NCBI GenBank assembly: GCA_964016885.1
Contig: OZ024743.1
Span: forward strand, 354,640,001 to 354,704,000
DNA from: Eledone cirrhosa
Lineage: Eukaryota
Length of the DNA stretch: 64,000 nucleotides
Reading direction: 5' to 3'
In this document: positions 25,291 through 36,800 of the stretch, piece by piece
Position numbering within the stretch: the first letter of the stretch is position 1
Layout of the letters: each line of letters begins with the position of its first letter
Translations under genes and position numbers: made by a program
Notes under the pieces: generated by a model
Database searches by the model: none
Seen by the model: only the letters and a program-made list of their open reading frames with translations
Told to the model about the DNA's origin: nothing

Positions 25291-27299
25291 ATGCGGATGA
25301 TTGTCCTCATGCTGGTTGTTGTTGGTGGTAGAGATTGAGGTTTTTGTGATTCTGGTAATGGTGATGCTGATGATTGTCCTCATGCTGGTTGTTGTTGGTG
25401 GTAGAGATTGAGGTTTTTGTGATTCTGGTAATGGTGATGCTGATGATTGTACTGATGCTGGTTGTTGTTGGTGGTAGAGATTGAGGTTTTTTGTGGTTCT
25501 AGTAATGGTGATGCTGATGATTGTGCTCATGCTGGTTGTTGTTGGTGGTAGAGATTGAGGTTTTTGTGATTCTGGTAATGGTGATGCTGATGATTGTCCT
25601 CATGCTGGTTGTTGGTGGTGGTAGAGATTGAGGTTTTTCTGATTCTGCTAATGGTGATGCTGATGAATGTCCTCATGCTGGTTGTTGTTGGTGGTAGAGA
25701 TTGAGGTTTTTGTGACTCTGGTAATGGTGATGCTGATGATTGTCTTCATGCTGGTTGTCATTGGTGGTAGAGATTGAGGTTTTTGTGATTCTGGTAATGG
25801 TGATGCTGATGAATGTCCTCATGCTGGTTGTTGTTGGTGGTAGAGATTGAGGTTTTTGTGATTCTGGTAATGGTGATGCTGATGAATGTCCTCATGCTGG
25901 TTGTTGTTGGTGGTAGAGATTGAGGTTTTTGTGACTCTAGTAATGGTGATGCTGATGATTGTGCTTATGGTGGTTGTTGTTGGTGGTAGTGATTGAGGTT
26001 TTTTGTGGTTCTGGTAATGGTGATGCTGATGATTGTGCTCATGCTGGTTGTTGTTGGTGGTAGAGATTGAGGTTTTTGGGATTCTGGTAATGGTGATGCT
26101 GATGATTGTCCTCATGCTGGTTGTTGTTGGTGGTAGAGATTGAGGTTTTTGTGATTCTGGTAATGGTGATGCTGATGAATGTCCTCATGCTGGTTGTTGT
26201 TGGTGGTAGAGATTGAGGTTTTTGTGACTCTGGTAATGGTGATGCTGATGATTGTCTTCATGCTGGTTGTCATTGGTGGTAGAGATTGAGGTTTTTGTGA
26301 TTCTGGTAATGGTGATGCTGATGAATGTCCTCATGCTGGTTGTTGTTGGTGGTAGAGATTGAGGTTTTTGTGATTCTGGTAATGGTGATGCTGATGAATG
26401 TCCTCATGCTGGTTGTTGTTGGTGGTAGAGATTGAGGTTTTTGTGACTCTGGTAATGGTGATGCTGATGATTGTGCTTATGGTGGTTGTTGTTGGTGGTA
26501 GTGATTGAGGTTTTTTGTGGTTCTGGTAATGGTGATGCTGATGATTGTGCTCATGCTGGTTGTTGTTGGTGGTAGAGATTGAGGTTTTTGGGATTCTGGT
26601 AATGGTGATGCTGATGAATGTCCTCATGCTGGTTGTTGTTGGTGGTAGAGATTGAGGTTTTTGTGACTCTGGTAATGGTGATGCTGATGATTGTCTTCAT
26701 GCTGGTTGTCATTGGTGGTAGAGATTGAGGTTTTTGTGATTCTGGTAATGGTGATGCTGATGAATGTCCTCATGCTGGTTGTTGTTGGTGGTAGAGATTG
26801 AGGTTTTGTGACTCTGGTAATGGTGATGCTGATGATTGTCTTCATGCTGGTTGTCATTGGTGGTAGAGATTGAGGTTTTTGTGATTCTGGTAATGGTGAT
26901 GCTGATGAATGTCCTCATGCTGGTTGTTGTTGGTGGTAGAGATTGAGGTTTTTGAGACTCTGGTAATGGTGATGCTGATGAATGTCCTCATGCTGGTTGT
27001 TGTTGGTGGTAGAGATTGAGGTTTTTGTGATACTGGTAATGGTGATGCTGATGATTGTCCTCATGCTGGTTGTTGTTGGTGGTAGAGATTGAGGTTTTTG
27101 TGATTCTGGTAATGGTGATGCTGATGATTGTCCTCATGCTGGTTGTTGTTGGTGGTAGAGATTGAGGTTTTTGTGATTCTGGTAATGGTGATGCTGATGA
27201 TTGTCCTCATGCTGGTTGTTGTTGGTGGTAGAGATTGAGGATTTTGTGATTCTGGTAATGGTGATGCTGATGATTGTCCTCATGCTGGTTGTTGTTGGT

Positions 27300-30200
27300 G
27301 GTAGAGATTGAGGATTTTGTGATTCTGGTAATGGTGATGCTGATGATTGTCCTCATGCTGGTTGTTGTTGGTGGTAGAGATTGAGGATTTTGTGATTCTG
27401 GTAATGGTGATGCTGATGATTGTCCTCATGCTGGTTGTTGTTGGTGGTAGAGATTGAGGTTTTTGTGATTCTGGTAATGGTGATGCTGATGATTGTCCTC
27501 ATGCTGGTTGTTGTTGGTGGTAGAGATTGAGGTTTTTGTGATTCTGGTAATGGTGATGCTGATGATTGTACTCATGCTGGTTGTTGTTGGTGGTAGAGAT
27601 TGAGGTTTTTGTGATTCTGGTAATGGTGATGCTGATGATTGTCCTCATGCTGGTTGTTGTTGGTGGTAGAGATTGAGGTTTTTGTGATTCTGGTAATGGT
27701 GATGCTGATGATTGTACTGATGCTGGTTGGTGTTGGTGGTAGAGATTGAGGATTTGTGATTCTGGTAATGGTGATGCTGATGATTGTCTTCATGCAGGTT
27801 GTTGTTGGTGATAGAGATTGAGGTCTTTGTGATTCTGGTAATGGTGATGCTGATGATTCTCCTCATGCTGGTTGTTGTTGGTGGTAGAAATTGAGGTTTT
27901 TGTGTTTCTGGTAATGGTGATGCTGATGATTGTCTTCATGCTGGTTGTCATTGGTGGTAGAGATTGAGGTTTTTGTGATTCTGGTAATGGTGATGCTGAT
28001 GAATGTCCTCATGCTGGTTGTTGTTGGTGGTAGAGATTGAGGTTTTTGTGACTCTGGTAATGGTGATGCTGATGATTGTCTTCATGCTGGTTGTCATTGG
28101 TGGTAGAGATTGAGGTTTTTGTGATTCTGGTAATGGTGATGCTGATGAATGTCCTCATGCTGGTTGTTGTTGGTGGTAGAGCTTGAGGTTTTTGTGACTC
28201 TGGTAATGGTGATGCTGATGATTGTCTTCATGCTGGTTGTCATTGGTGGTAGAGATTGAGGTTTTTGTGATTCTGGTAATGGTGATGCTGATGAATGTCC
28301 TCATGCTGGTTGTTGTTGGTGGTAGAGATTGAGGTTTTTGTGACTCTGGTAATGGTGATGCTGATGAATGTCCTCATGCTGGTTGTTGTTGGTGGTAGAG
28401 ATTGAGGTTTTTGTGATACTGGTAATGGTGATGCTGATGATTGTCCTCATGTTGGTTGTTGTTGGTGGTATAGATTGAGGTTTTTGTGATTCTGGTAATG
28501 GTGATGCTGATGATTGTACTGATGCTGGTTGTTGTTGGTGGTAGAGATTGAGGATTTGTGATTCTGGTAATGGTGATGCTGATGATTGTCTTCATGCAGG
28601 TTGTTGTTGGTGGTAGAGATTGAGCTCTTTGTGATTCTGGTAATGGTGATGCTGATGATTCTCCTCATGCTGGTTGTTGTTGGTGGTAGAAATTGAGGTT
28701 TTTGTGTTTCTGGTAATGGTGATGCTGATGATTGTCCTCATGCTGGTTGTTGTTCGTGGTAGAGATTGAGGTTTTTATGATTCTGGTAATGGTGATGCTG
28801 ATGATTGTCCTCATGCTGGTTGTTGTTGGTGGCAGAGATTGAGGTTTTTGTGATTCTGGTAATGGTGATGCTGATGATTGTCCTCATGCTAGTTGTTGTT
28901 GGTGGTAGAGATTGAGGTTTTTGTGATTCTGGTAATGGTGATGCTGATGATTGTCCTCATGCTGGTTGTTGTTGGTGGTAGAGATTAAGGTCTTTGTGAT
29001 TCTGGTAATGGTGATGCTGATGATTGTCCTCATGCTGGTTGTTGTTGGTGGTAGAGATTGAGGTTTTTGTGATACTGGTAATGGTGATGCTGATGATTGT
29101 CCTCATGCTGGTTGTTGTTGGTGGTAGAGATTGAGGTTTTTGTAATTCTGGTAATGGTGATGCTGATGATTGTCCTCATGCTGGTTGTTGTTGGTGGTAG
29201 AGATTGAGATTTTTGTGATTCTGGTAATGGTGAATCTGATGATTGTCCTCAAGCTGGTTGTTGTTGGTGGTAGAGATTGAGGTTTTTGTAATTCTGGTAA
29301 TGGTGATTCTGAAGATTGTGCTGATGCTGGTTGTTGTTGGTGGTAGAGATTGAGGTTTTTGTGATTCTGGTAATGGTGATGCTGATGATTGTCCTCATGC
29401 TGGTTGTTGTTGGTGGTAGAGATTGAGGTTTTTGTGATTCTGGTAATGGTGATGCTGATGATTGTCTTCATGCTGGTTGTTGTTGGTGGTAGAGATTGAG
29501 GTTTTTGTGATTCTGGTAATGTTGATGCTGATGATTGTCCTCATGCTGGTTGTTGTTGGTGGTAGAGATTGAGGTTTTTGTGATTCTGGTAATGGTGATG
29601 CTGATGATTGTCCTCATGCTGGTTGTTGTTGGTGGTAGAGATTGAGGATTTTGTGATTCTGGTAATGGTGATGCTGATGATTGTCCTCATGCTGGTTGTT
29701 GTTGGTGGTAGAGATTGAGGTTTTTGTGATTCTGGTAATGGTGATGCTGATGATTGTCCTCATGCTGGTTGTTGTTGGTGGTAGAGATTGAGGTTTTTGT
29801 GATTCTGGTAATGGTGATGCTGATGATTGTCCTCATGCTGGTTGTTGTTGGTGGTAGAGATTGAGGTTTTTGTGATTCTGGTAATGGTGATGCTGATGAT
29901 TGTCCTCATGCTGGTTGTTGTTGGTGGTAGAGATTGAGGTTTTTGTGATTCTGGTAATGGTGATGCTGATGATTGTCCTCATGCTGGTTGTTGTTGGTGG
30001 TAGAGATTGAGGATTTTGTGATTCTGGTAATGGTGATGCTGATGATTGTCCTCATGCTGGTTGTTGTTGGTGGTAGAGATTGAGGATTTTGTGATTCTGG
30101 TAATGGTGATGCTGATGATTGTCCTCATGCTGGTTTTTATTGGTGGTAGAGATTGAGGTTTTTGTGATACTGGTAATGGTGATGCTGATGATTGTCCTCA

Positions 30201-32600
30201 TGCTGGTTGTTGTTGGTGGTAGAGATTGAGGTTTTTGTGATTCTGGTAATGGTGATGCTGATGATTGTCCTCATGCTGGTTGTTGTTGGTGGTAGAGATT
30301 GAGGTTTTTGTGATTCTGGTAATGGTGATACTGATGATTGTCCTCATGCTGGTTGTTGTTGGTGGTAGAGATTGAGGATTTTGTGATTCTGGTAATGGTG
30401 ATGCTGATGATTGTCCTCATGCTGGTTGTTGTTGGTGGTAGAGATTGAGGTTTTTGTGATTCTGGTAATGGTGATGCTGATGATTGTCCTCATGCTGGTT
30501 GTTGTTGGTGGTAGAGATTGAGGTTTTTGTGATTCTGGTAATGGTGATGCTGATGATTGTACTCATGCTGGTTGTTGTTGGTGGTAGAGATTGAGGTTTT
30601 TGTGATTCTGGTAATGGTGATGCTGATGATTGTCCTCATGCTGGTTGTTGTTGGTGGTAGAGATTGAGGTTTTTGTGATTCTGGTAATGGTGATGCTGAT
30701 GATTGTACTGATGCTGGTTGGTGTTGGTGGTAGAGATTGAGGATTTGTGATTCTGGTAATGGTGATGCTGATGATTGTCTTCATGCAGGTTGTTGTTGGT
30801 GATAGAGATTGAGGTCTTTGTGATTCTGGTAATGGTGATGCTGATGATTGTCTTCATGCTGGTTGTCATTGGTGGTAGAGATTGAGGTTTTTGTGATTCT
30901 GGTAATGGTGATGCTGATGATTGTCCTCATGCTGGTTGTTATTGGTGGTAGAGATTGAGGTTTTTGTGATTCTGGTAATGGTGATGCTGATGATTGTCTT
31001 CATGCTGGTTGTCATTGGTGGTAGAGATTGAGGTTTTTGTGATTCTGGTAATGGTGATGCTGATGAATGTCCTCATGCTGGTTGTTGTTGGTGGTAGAGA
31101 TTGAGGTTTTTGTGACTCTGGTAATGGTGATGCTGATGATTGTCTTCATGCTGGTTGTCATTGGTGGTAGAGATTGAGGTTTTTGTGATTCTGGTAATGG
31201 TGATGCTGATGAATGTCCTCATGCTGGTTGTTGTTGGTGGTAGAGATTGAGGTTTTTGTGACTCTGGTAATGGTGATGCTGATGATTGTCTTCATGCTGG
31301 TTGTCATTGGTGGTAGAGATTGAGGTTTTTGTGATTCTGGTAATGGTGATGCTGATGAATGTCCTCATGCTGGTTGTTGTTGGTGGTAGAGATTGAGGTT
31401 TTTGTGACTCTGGTAATGGTGATGCTGATGAATGTCCTCATGCTGGTTGTTGTTGGTGGTAGAGATTGAGGTTTTTGTGATTCTGGTAATGGTGATGCTG
31501 ATGATTGTCCTCATGTTGGTTGTTGTTGGTGGTATAGATTGAGGTTTTTGTGATTCTGGTAATGGTGATGCTGATGATTGTACTGATGCTGGTTGTTGTT
31601 GGTGGTAGAGATTGAGGATTTGTGATTCTGGTAATGGTGATGCTGATGATTGTCTTCATGCAGGTTGTTGTTGGTGGTAGAGATTGAGGTCTTTGTGATT
31701 CTGGTAATGGTGATGCTGATGATTCTCCTCATGCTGGTTGTTGTTGGTGGTAGAAATTGAGGTTTTTGTGTTTCTGGTAATGGTGATGCTGATGATTGTC
31801 CTCATGCTGGTTGTTGTTGGTGGTAGAGATTGAGGTTTTTATGATTCTGGTAATGGTGATGCTGATGATTGTCCTCATGCTGGTTGTTGTTGGTGGTAGA
31901 GATTGAGGTTTTTGTGATTCTGGTAATGGTGATGCTGATGATTGTCCTCATGCTGGTTGTTGTTGGTGGTAGAGATTGAGGTTTTTGTGATTCTGGTAAT
32001 GGTGATGCTGATGATTGTCCTCATGCTGGTTGTTGTTGGTGGTAGAGATTAAGGTCTTTGTGATTCTGGTAATGGTGATGCTGATGATTGTCCTCATGCT
32101 GGTTGTTGTTGATGGTAGAGATTGAGGTTTTTGTGATACTGGTAATGGTGATGCTGATGATTGTCCTCATGCTGGTTGTTGTAGGTGGAAGAGATTGAGG
32201 TTTTTGTAATTCTGGTAATGGTGATGCTGATGATTGTCCTCATGCTGGTTGTTGTTGGTGGTAGAGATTGAGGTTTTTGTGATTCTGGTAATGGTGAATC
32301 TGATGATTGTCCTCAAGCTGGTTGTTGTTGGTGGTAGAGATTGAGGTTTTTGTAATTCTGGTAATGGTGATTCTGAAGATTGTGCTGATGCTGGTTGTTG
32401 TTGGTGGTAGAGATTGAGGTTTTTGTGATTCTGGTAATGGTGATGCTGATGATTGTCCTCATGCTGGTTGTTGTTGGTGGTAGAGATTGAGGTTTTTGTG
32501 ATTCTGGTAATGGTGATGCTGATGATTGTCCTCATGCTGGTTGTTGTTGGTGGTAGAGATTGAGGTTTTTGTGATTCTGGTAATGGTGATGCTGATGATT
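27300..32600 (+). repeat. Duplicated block of about 41-42 monomers (offsets 2991 then 3064)
   Basis: The private GGTTGGTGTTGG variant occurs at about 27725 and about 30716. ORF pairs are 27572/30563, 28374/31438 and 29103/32167. Confidence 0.85.
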
Positions 32601-33899
32601 GTCCTCATGCTGGTTGTTGGTTGTGATAGAGATTGAGGTTTTTGTGATTCTGGTAGTGGTGATGCTGATGATTGTCCTCATGCTGGTTGTTGTTGGTGGT
32701 AGAGATTGAGGTTTTTGTGATTCTGGTAATGGTGATGCTGATGATTGTCCTCATGCTGGTTGTTGTTGGTGGTAGAGATTGAGGTTTTTGTGATTCTGGT
32801 AATGGTGATGCTGATGATTGTCCTCATGCTGGTTGTTGTTGGTGGTAGAGATTGAGGATTTTGTGATTCTGGTAATGGTGATGCTGATGATTGTCCTCAT
32901 GCTGGTTGTTGTTGGTGGTAGAGATTGAGGTTTTTGTGACTCTGGTAATGGTGATGCTGATGAATGTCCTCATGCTGGTTGTTGTTGGTGGTAGAGATTG
33001 AGGTTTTTGTGATTCTGGTAATGGTGATGCTGATGATTGTCCTCATGTTGGTTATTGTTGGTGGTATAGATTGAGGTTTTTGTGATTCTGGTAATGGTGA
33101 TGCTGATGATTGTACTGATGCTGGTTGTTGTTGGTGGTAGAGATTGAGGATTTGTGATTCTGGTAATGGTGATGCTGATGATTGTCTTCATGCAGGTTGT
33201 TGTTGGTGGTAGAGATTGAGGTTTTTGTGTTTCTGGTAATGGTGATGCTGATGATTGTCCTCATGCTGGTTGTTATTGGTGGTAGAGATTGAGGTTTTTA
33301 TGATTCTGGTAATGGTGATGCTGATGATTGTCCTCATGCTGGTTGTTGTTGGTGGTAGAGATTGAGGTTTTTGTGATTCTGGTAATGGTGATGCTGATGA
33401 TTGTCCTCATGCTGGTTGTTGTTGGTGGTAGAGATTGAGGTTTTTGTGATTCTGGTAATGGTGATGCTGATGATTGTCCTCATGCTGGTTGTTGTTGGTG
33501 GTAGAGATTGAGGATTTTGTGATTCTGGTAATGGTGATGCTGATGATTGTCCTCATGCTGGTTGTTGTTGGTGGTAGAGATTGAGGTTTTTGTGATTCTG
33601 GTAATGGTGATGCTGATGATTGTCCTCATGCTGGTTGTTGTTGGTGGTAGAGATTGAGGTTTTTGTGATTCTGGTAATGGTGATGCTGATGATTGTACTC
33701 ATGCTGGTTGTTGTTGGTGGTAGAGATTGAGGTTTTTGTGATTCTGGTAATGGTGATGCTGATGATTGTCCTCATGCTGGTTGTTGTTGCTGGTAGAGAT
33801 TGAGGTCTTTGTGATTCTGGTAATGGTGATGCTGATGATTGTACTGATGCTGGTTGTTGTTGGTGATAGAGATTGAGGTCTTTGTGATTCTGGTAATGG

Positions 33900-36800
33900 T
33901 GATGCTGATGATTCTCCTCATGCTGGTTGTTGTTGGTGGTAGAGATTGAGGTTTGTTGTGGTTCTGGTAATGGTGATGCTGATGATTGTGCTTATGGTGG
34001 TTGTTGTTGGTGGTAGAGATTGAGGTTTTTTGTGGTTCTGGTAATGGTGATGCTGATGATTGTGCTCATGCTGGTTGTTGTTTGTGGTAGAGATTGAGGA
34101 TTTGTGATTCTGGTAATGGTGATGCTGATGATTGTCTTCATGCAGGTTGTTGTTGGTGGTAGAGATTGAGGTCTTTGTGATTCTGGTAATGGTGATGCTG
34201 ATGATTCTCCTCATGCTGGTTGTTGTTGGTGGTAGAAATTGAGGTTTTTGTGTTTCTGGTAATGGTGATGCTGATGATAGTCTTCATGCTGGTTGTTGTT
34301 GGTGGTAGAGATTGAGGTTTTTGTGATTCTTGTAATGGTGATGCTGATGATTGTGCTCATGGTGGTTGTTGTTGGTGGTAGAGATTGAGGTTTTTGTGAT
34401 TCTGGTAATGGTGATGCTGATGATTGTCTTCATACTGGTTGTTGTTGGTGGTAGAGATTGAGGTTTTTGCGATTCTGGTAATGGTGATGCTGATGATTGT
34501 CCTCATGCTGGTTGTTGTTGGTGGTAGAGATTGAGGTTTTTGTGATTCTGGTAATGGTGATGCTGATGATTGTCTTCATACTGGTTGTTGTTGGTGGTAG
34601 AGATTGAGGTTTTTGCGATTCTGGTAATGGTGATGCTGATGATTGTCCTCATGCTGGTTGTTGTTGGTGGTAGAGATTGAGGATTTGTGATTCTGGTAAT
34701 GGTGATGCTGATGATTGTCTTCATACTGGTTGTTGTTGGTTCTAGAGATTGAGGTTTTTGCGATTCTGGTAATGGTGATGCTGATGATTGTCCTCATGCT
34801 GGTTGTTGTTGGTGGTAGAGATTGAGGTTTTTGTGATTCTGGTAATGGTGATGCTGATGATTGTACTGATGCTGGTTGTTGTTGGTGGTAGAGATTGAGG
34901 ATTTGTGGTTCTGGTAATGGTGATGCTGATGATTGTGCTTATGGTGGTTGTGGTTGGTGGTAGAGATTGAGGTTTTTTGTGGTTCTGGATATGGTGATGC
35001 TGATGATTGTGCTCATGCTGGTTGTTGTTGGTGGTAGAGATTGAGGTTTTTGTGATTCTGGTAATGGTGATGCTGATGATTGTCCTCATGCTGGTTGTTG
35101 TTGGTGGTAGAGATTGAGGTTTTTTGTGGTTCTGGTAATGGTGATGCTGATGATTGTCCTCATGCTGGTTGTTGTTGGTGGTAGAGATTGAGGTTTTTGT
35201 GATTCTGGTAGTGGTGATGCTGATGATTGTCCTCATGCTGGTTGTTGTTGGTGGTAGAGATTGAGGTTTTTGTGATTCTGGTAGTGGTGATGCTGATGAT
35301 TGTCCTCATGCTGGTTGTTGTTGGTGGTAGAGATTGAGGTTTTTGTGATTCTGGTAATGGTGATGCTGATGATTGTCCTCATGCTGGTTGTTGTTGGTGG
35401 TAGAGATTGAGGTTTTTGTGATTCTGGTAGTGGTGATACTGATGATTGTCCTCATGCTGGTTGTTGTTGGTGGTAGAGATTGAGGTTTTTGTGATTCTTG
35501 TAATGGTGATGCTGATGATTGTCCTCATGCTGGTTGTTGTTGGTGGTAGAGATTGAGGTTTTTTGTGGTTCTGGTAATGGTGATGCTGATGATTGTGCTT
35601 ATGGTGGTTGTGGTTGGTGGTAGAGATTGAGGTTTTTTGTGGTTCTGGTAATGGTGATGCTGATGATTGTCTTCATGCTGGTTGTTGTTGGTGGTAGAGA
35701 TTGAGGTTTTTGTGATTCTGGTAATGGTGATGCTGATGATTGTACTCATGCTGGTTGTTGTTGGTGGTAGAGATTGAGGTTTTTGTGATTCTGGTAATGG
35801 TGATGCTGATGATTGTCCTCATGCTGGTTGTTGTTGCTGGTAGAGATTGAGGTTTTTGTGATTCTGGTAATGGTGATGCTGATGATTGTACTGATGCTGG
35901 TTGTTGTTGGTGGTAGAGATTGAGGATTTGTGATTCTGGTAATGGTGATGCTGATGATTGTCTTAATGCAGGTTGTTGTTGGTGATAGAGATTGAGGTCT
36001 TTGTGATTCTGGTAATGGTGATGCTGATGATTGTCCTCATGCTGGTTGTTGTTGGTGGTAGAAATTGAGGTTTTTGTGTTTCTGGTAATGGTGATGCTGA
36101 TGATTGCCTTCATGCTGGTTGTCATTGGTGGTAGAGATTGAGGTTTTTGTGATTCTTGTAATGGTGATGCTGATGATTGTCCTCATGCTGGTTGTTGTTG
36201 GTGGTAGAGATTGAGGTTTGTTGTGGTTCTGGTAATGGTGATGCTGATGATTGTGCTTATGGTGGTTGTTGTTGGTGGTAGAGATTGAGGTTTTTTGTGG
36301 TTCTGGTAATGGTGATGCTGATGATTGTGCTCATGCTGGTTGTTGTTTGTGGTAGAGATTGAGGATTTGTGATTCTGGTAATGGTGATGCTGATGATTGT
36401 CTTCATGCAGGTTGTTGTTGGTGGTAGAGATTGAGGTCTTTGTGATTCTGGTAATGGTGATGCTGATGATTCTCCTCATGCTGGTTGTTGTTGGTGGTAG
36501 AGATTGAGGTTTTTGTGTTTCTGGTAATGGTGATGCTGATGATAGTCTTCATGCTGGTTGTTGTTGGTGGTAGAGATTGAGGTTTTTGTGATTCTTGTAA
36601 TGGTGATGCTGATGATTGTGCTCATGGTGGTTGTTGTTGGTGGTAGAGATTGAGGTTTTTGTGTTTCTGGTAATGGTGATGCTGATGATAGTCTTCATGC
36701 TGGTTGTTGTTGGTGGTAGAGATTGAGGTTTTTGTGATTCTTGTAATGGTGATGCTGATGATTGTGCTCATGGTGGTTGTTGTTGGTGGTAGAGATTGAG

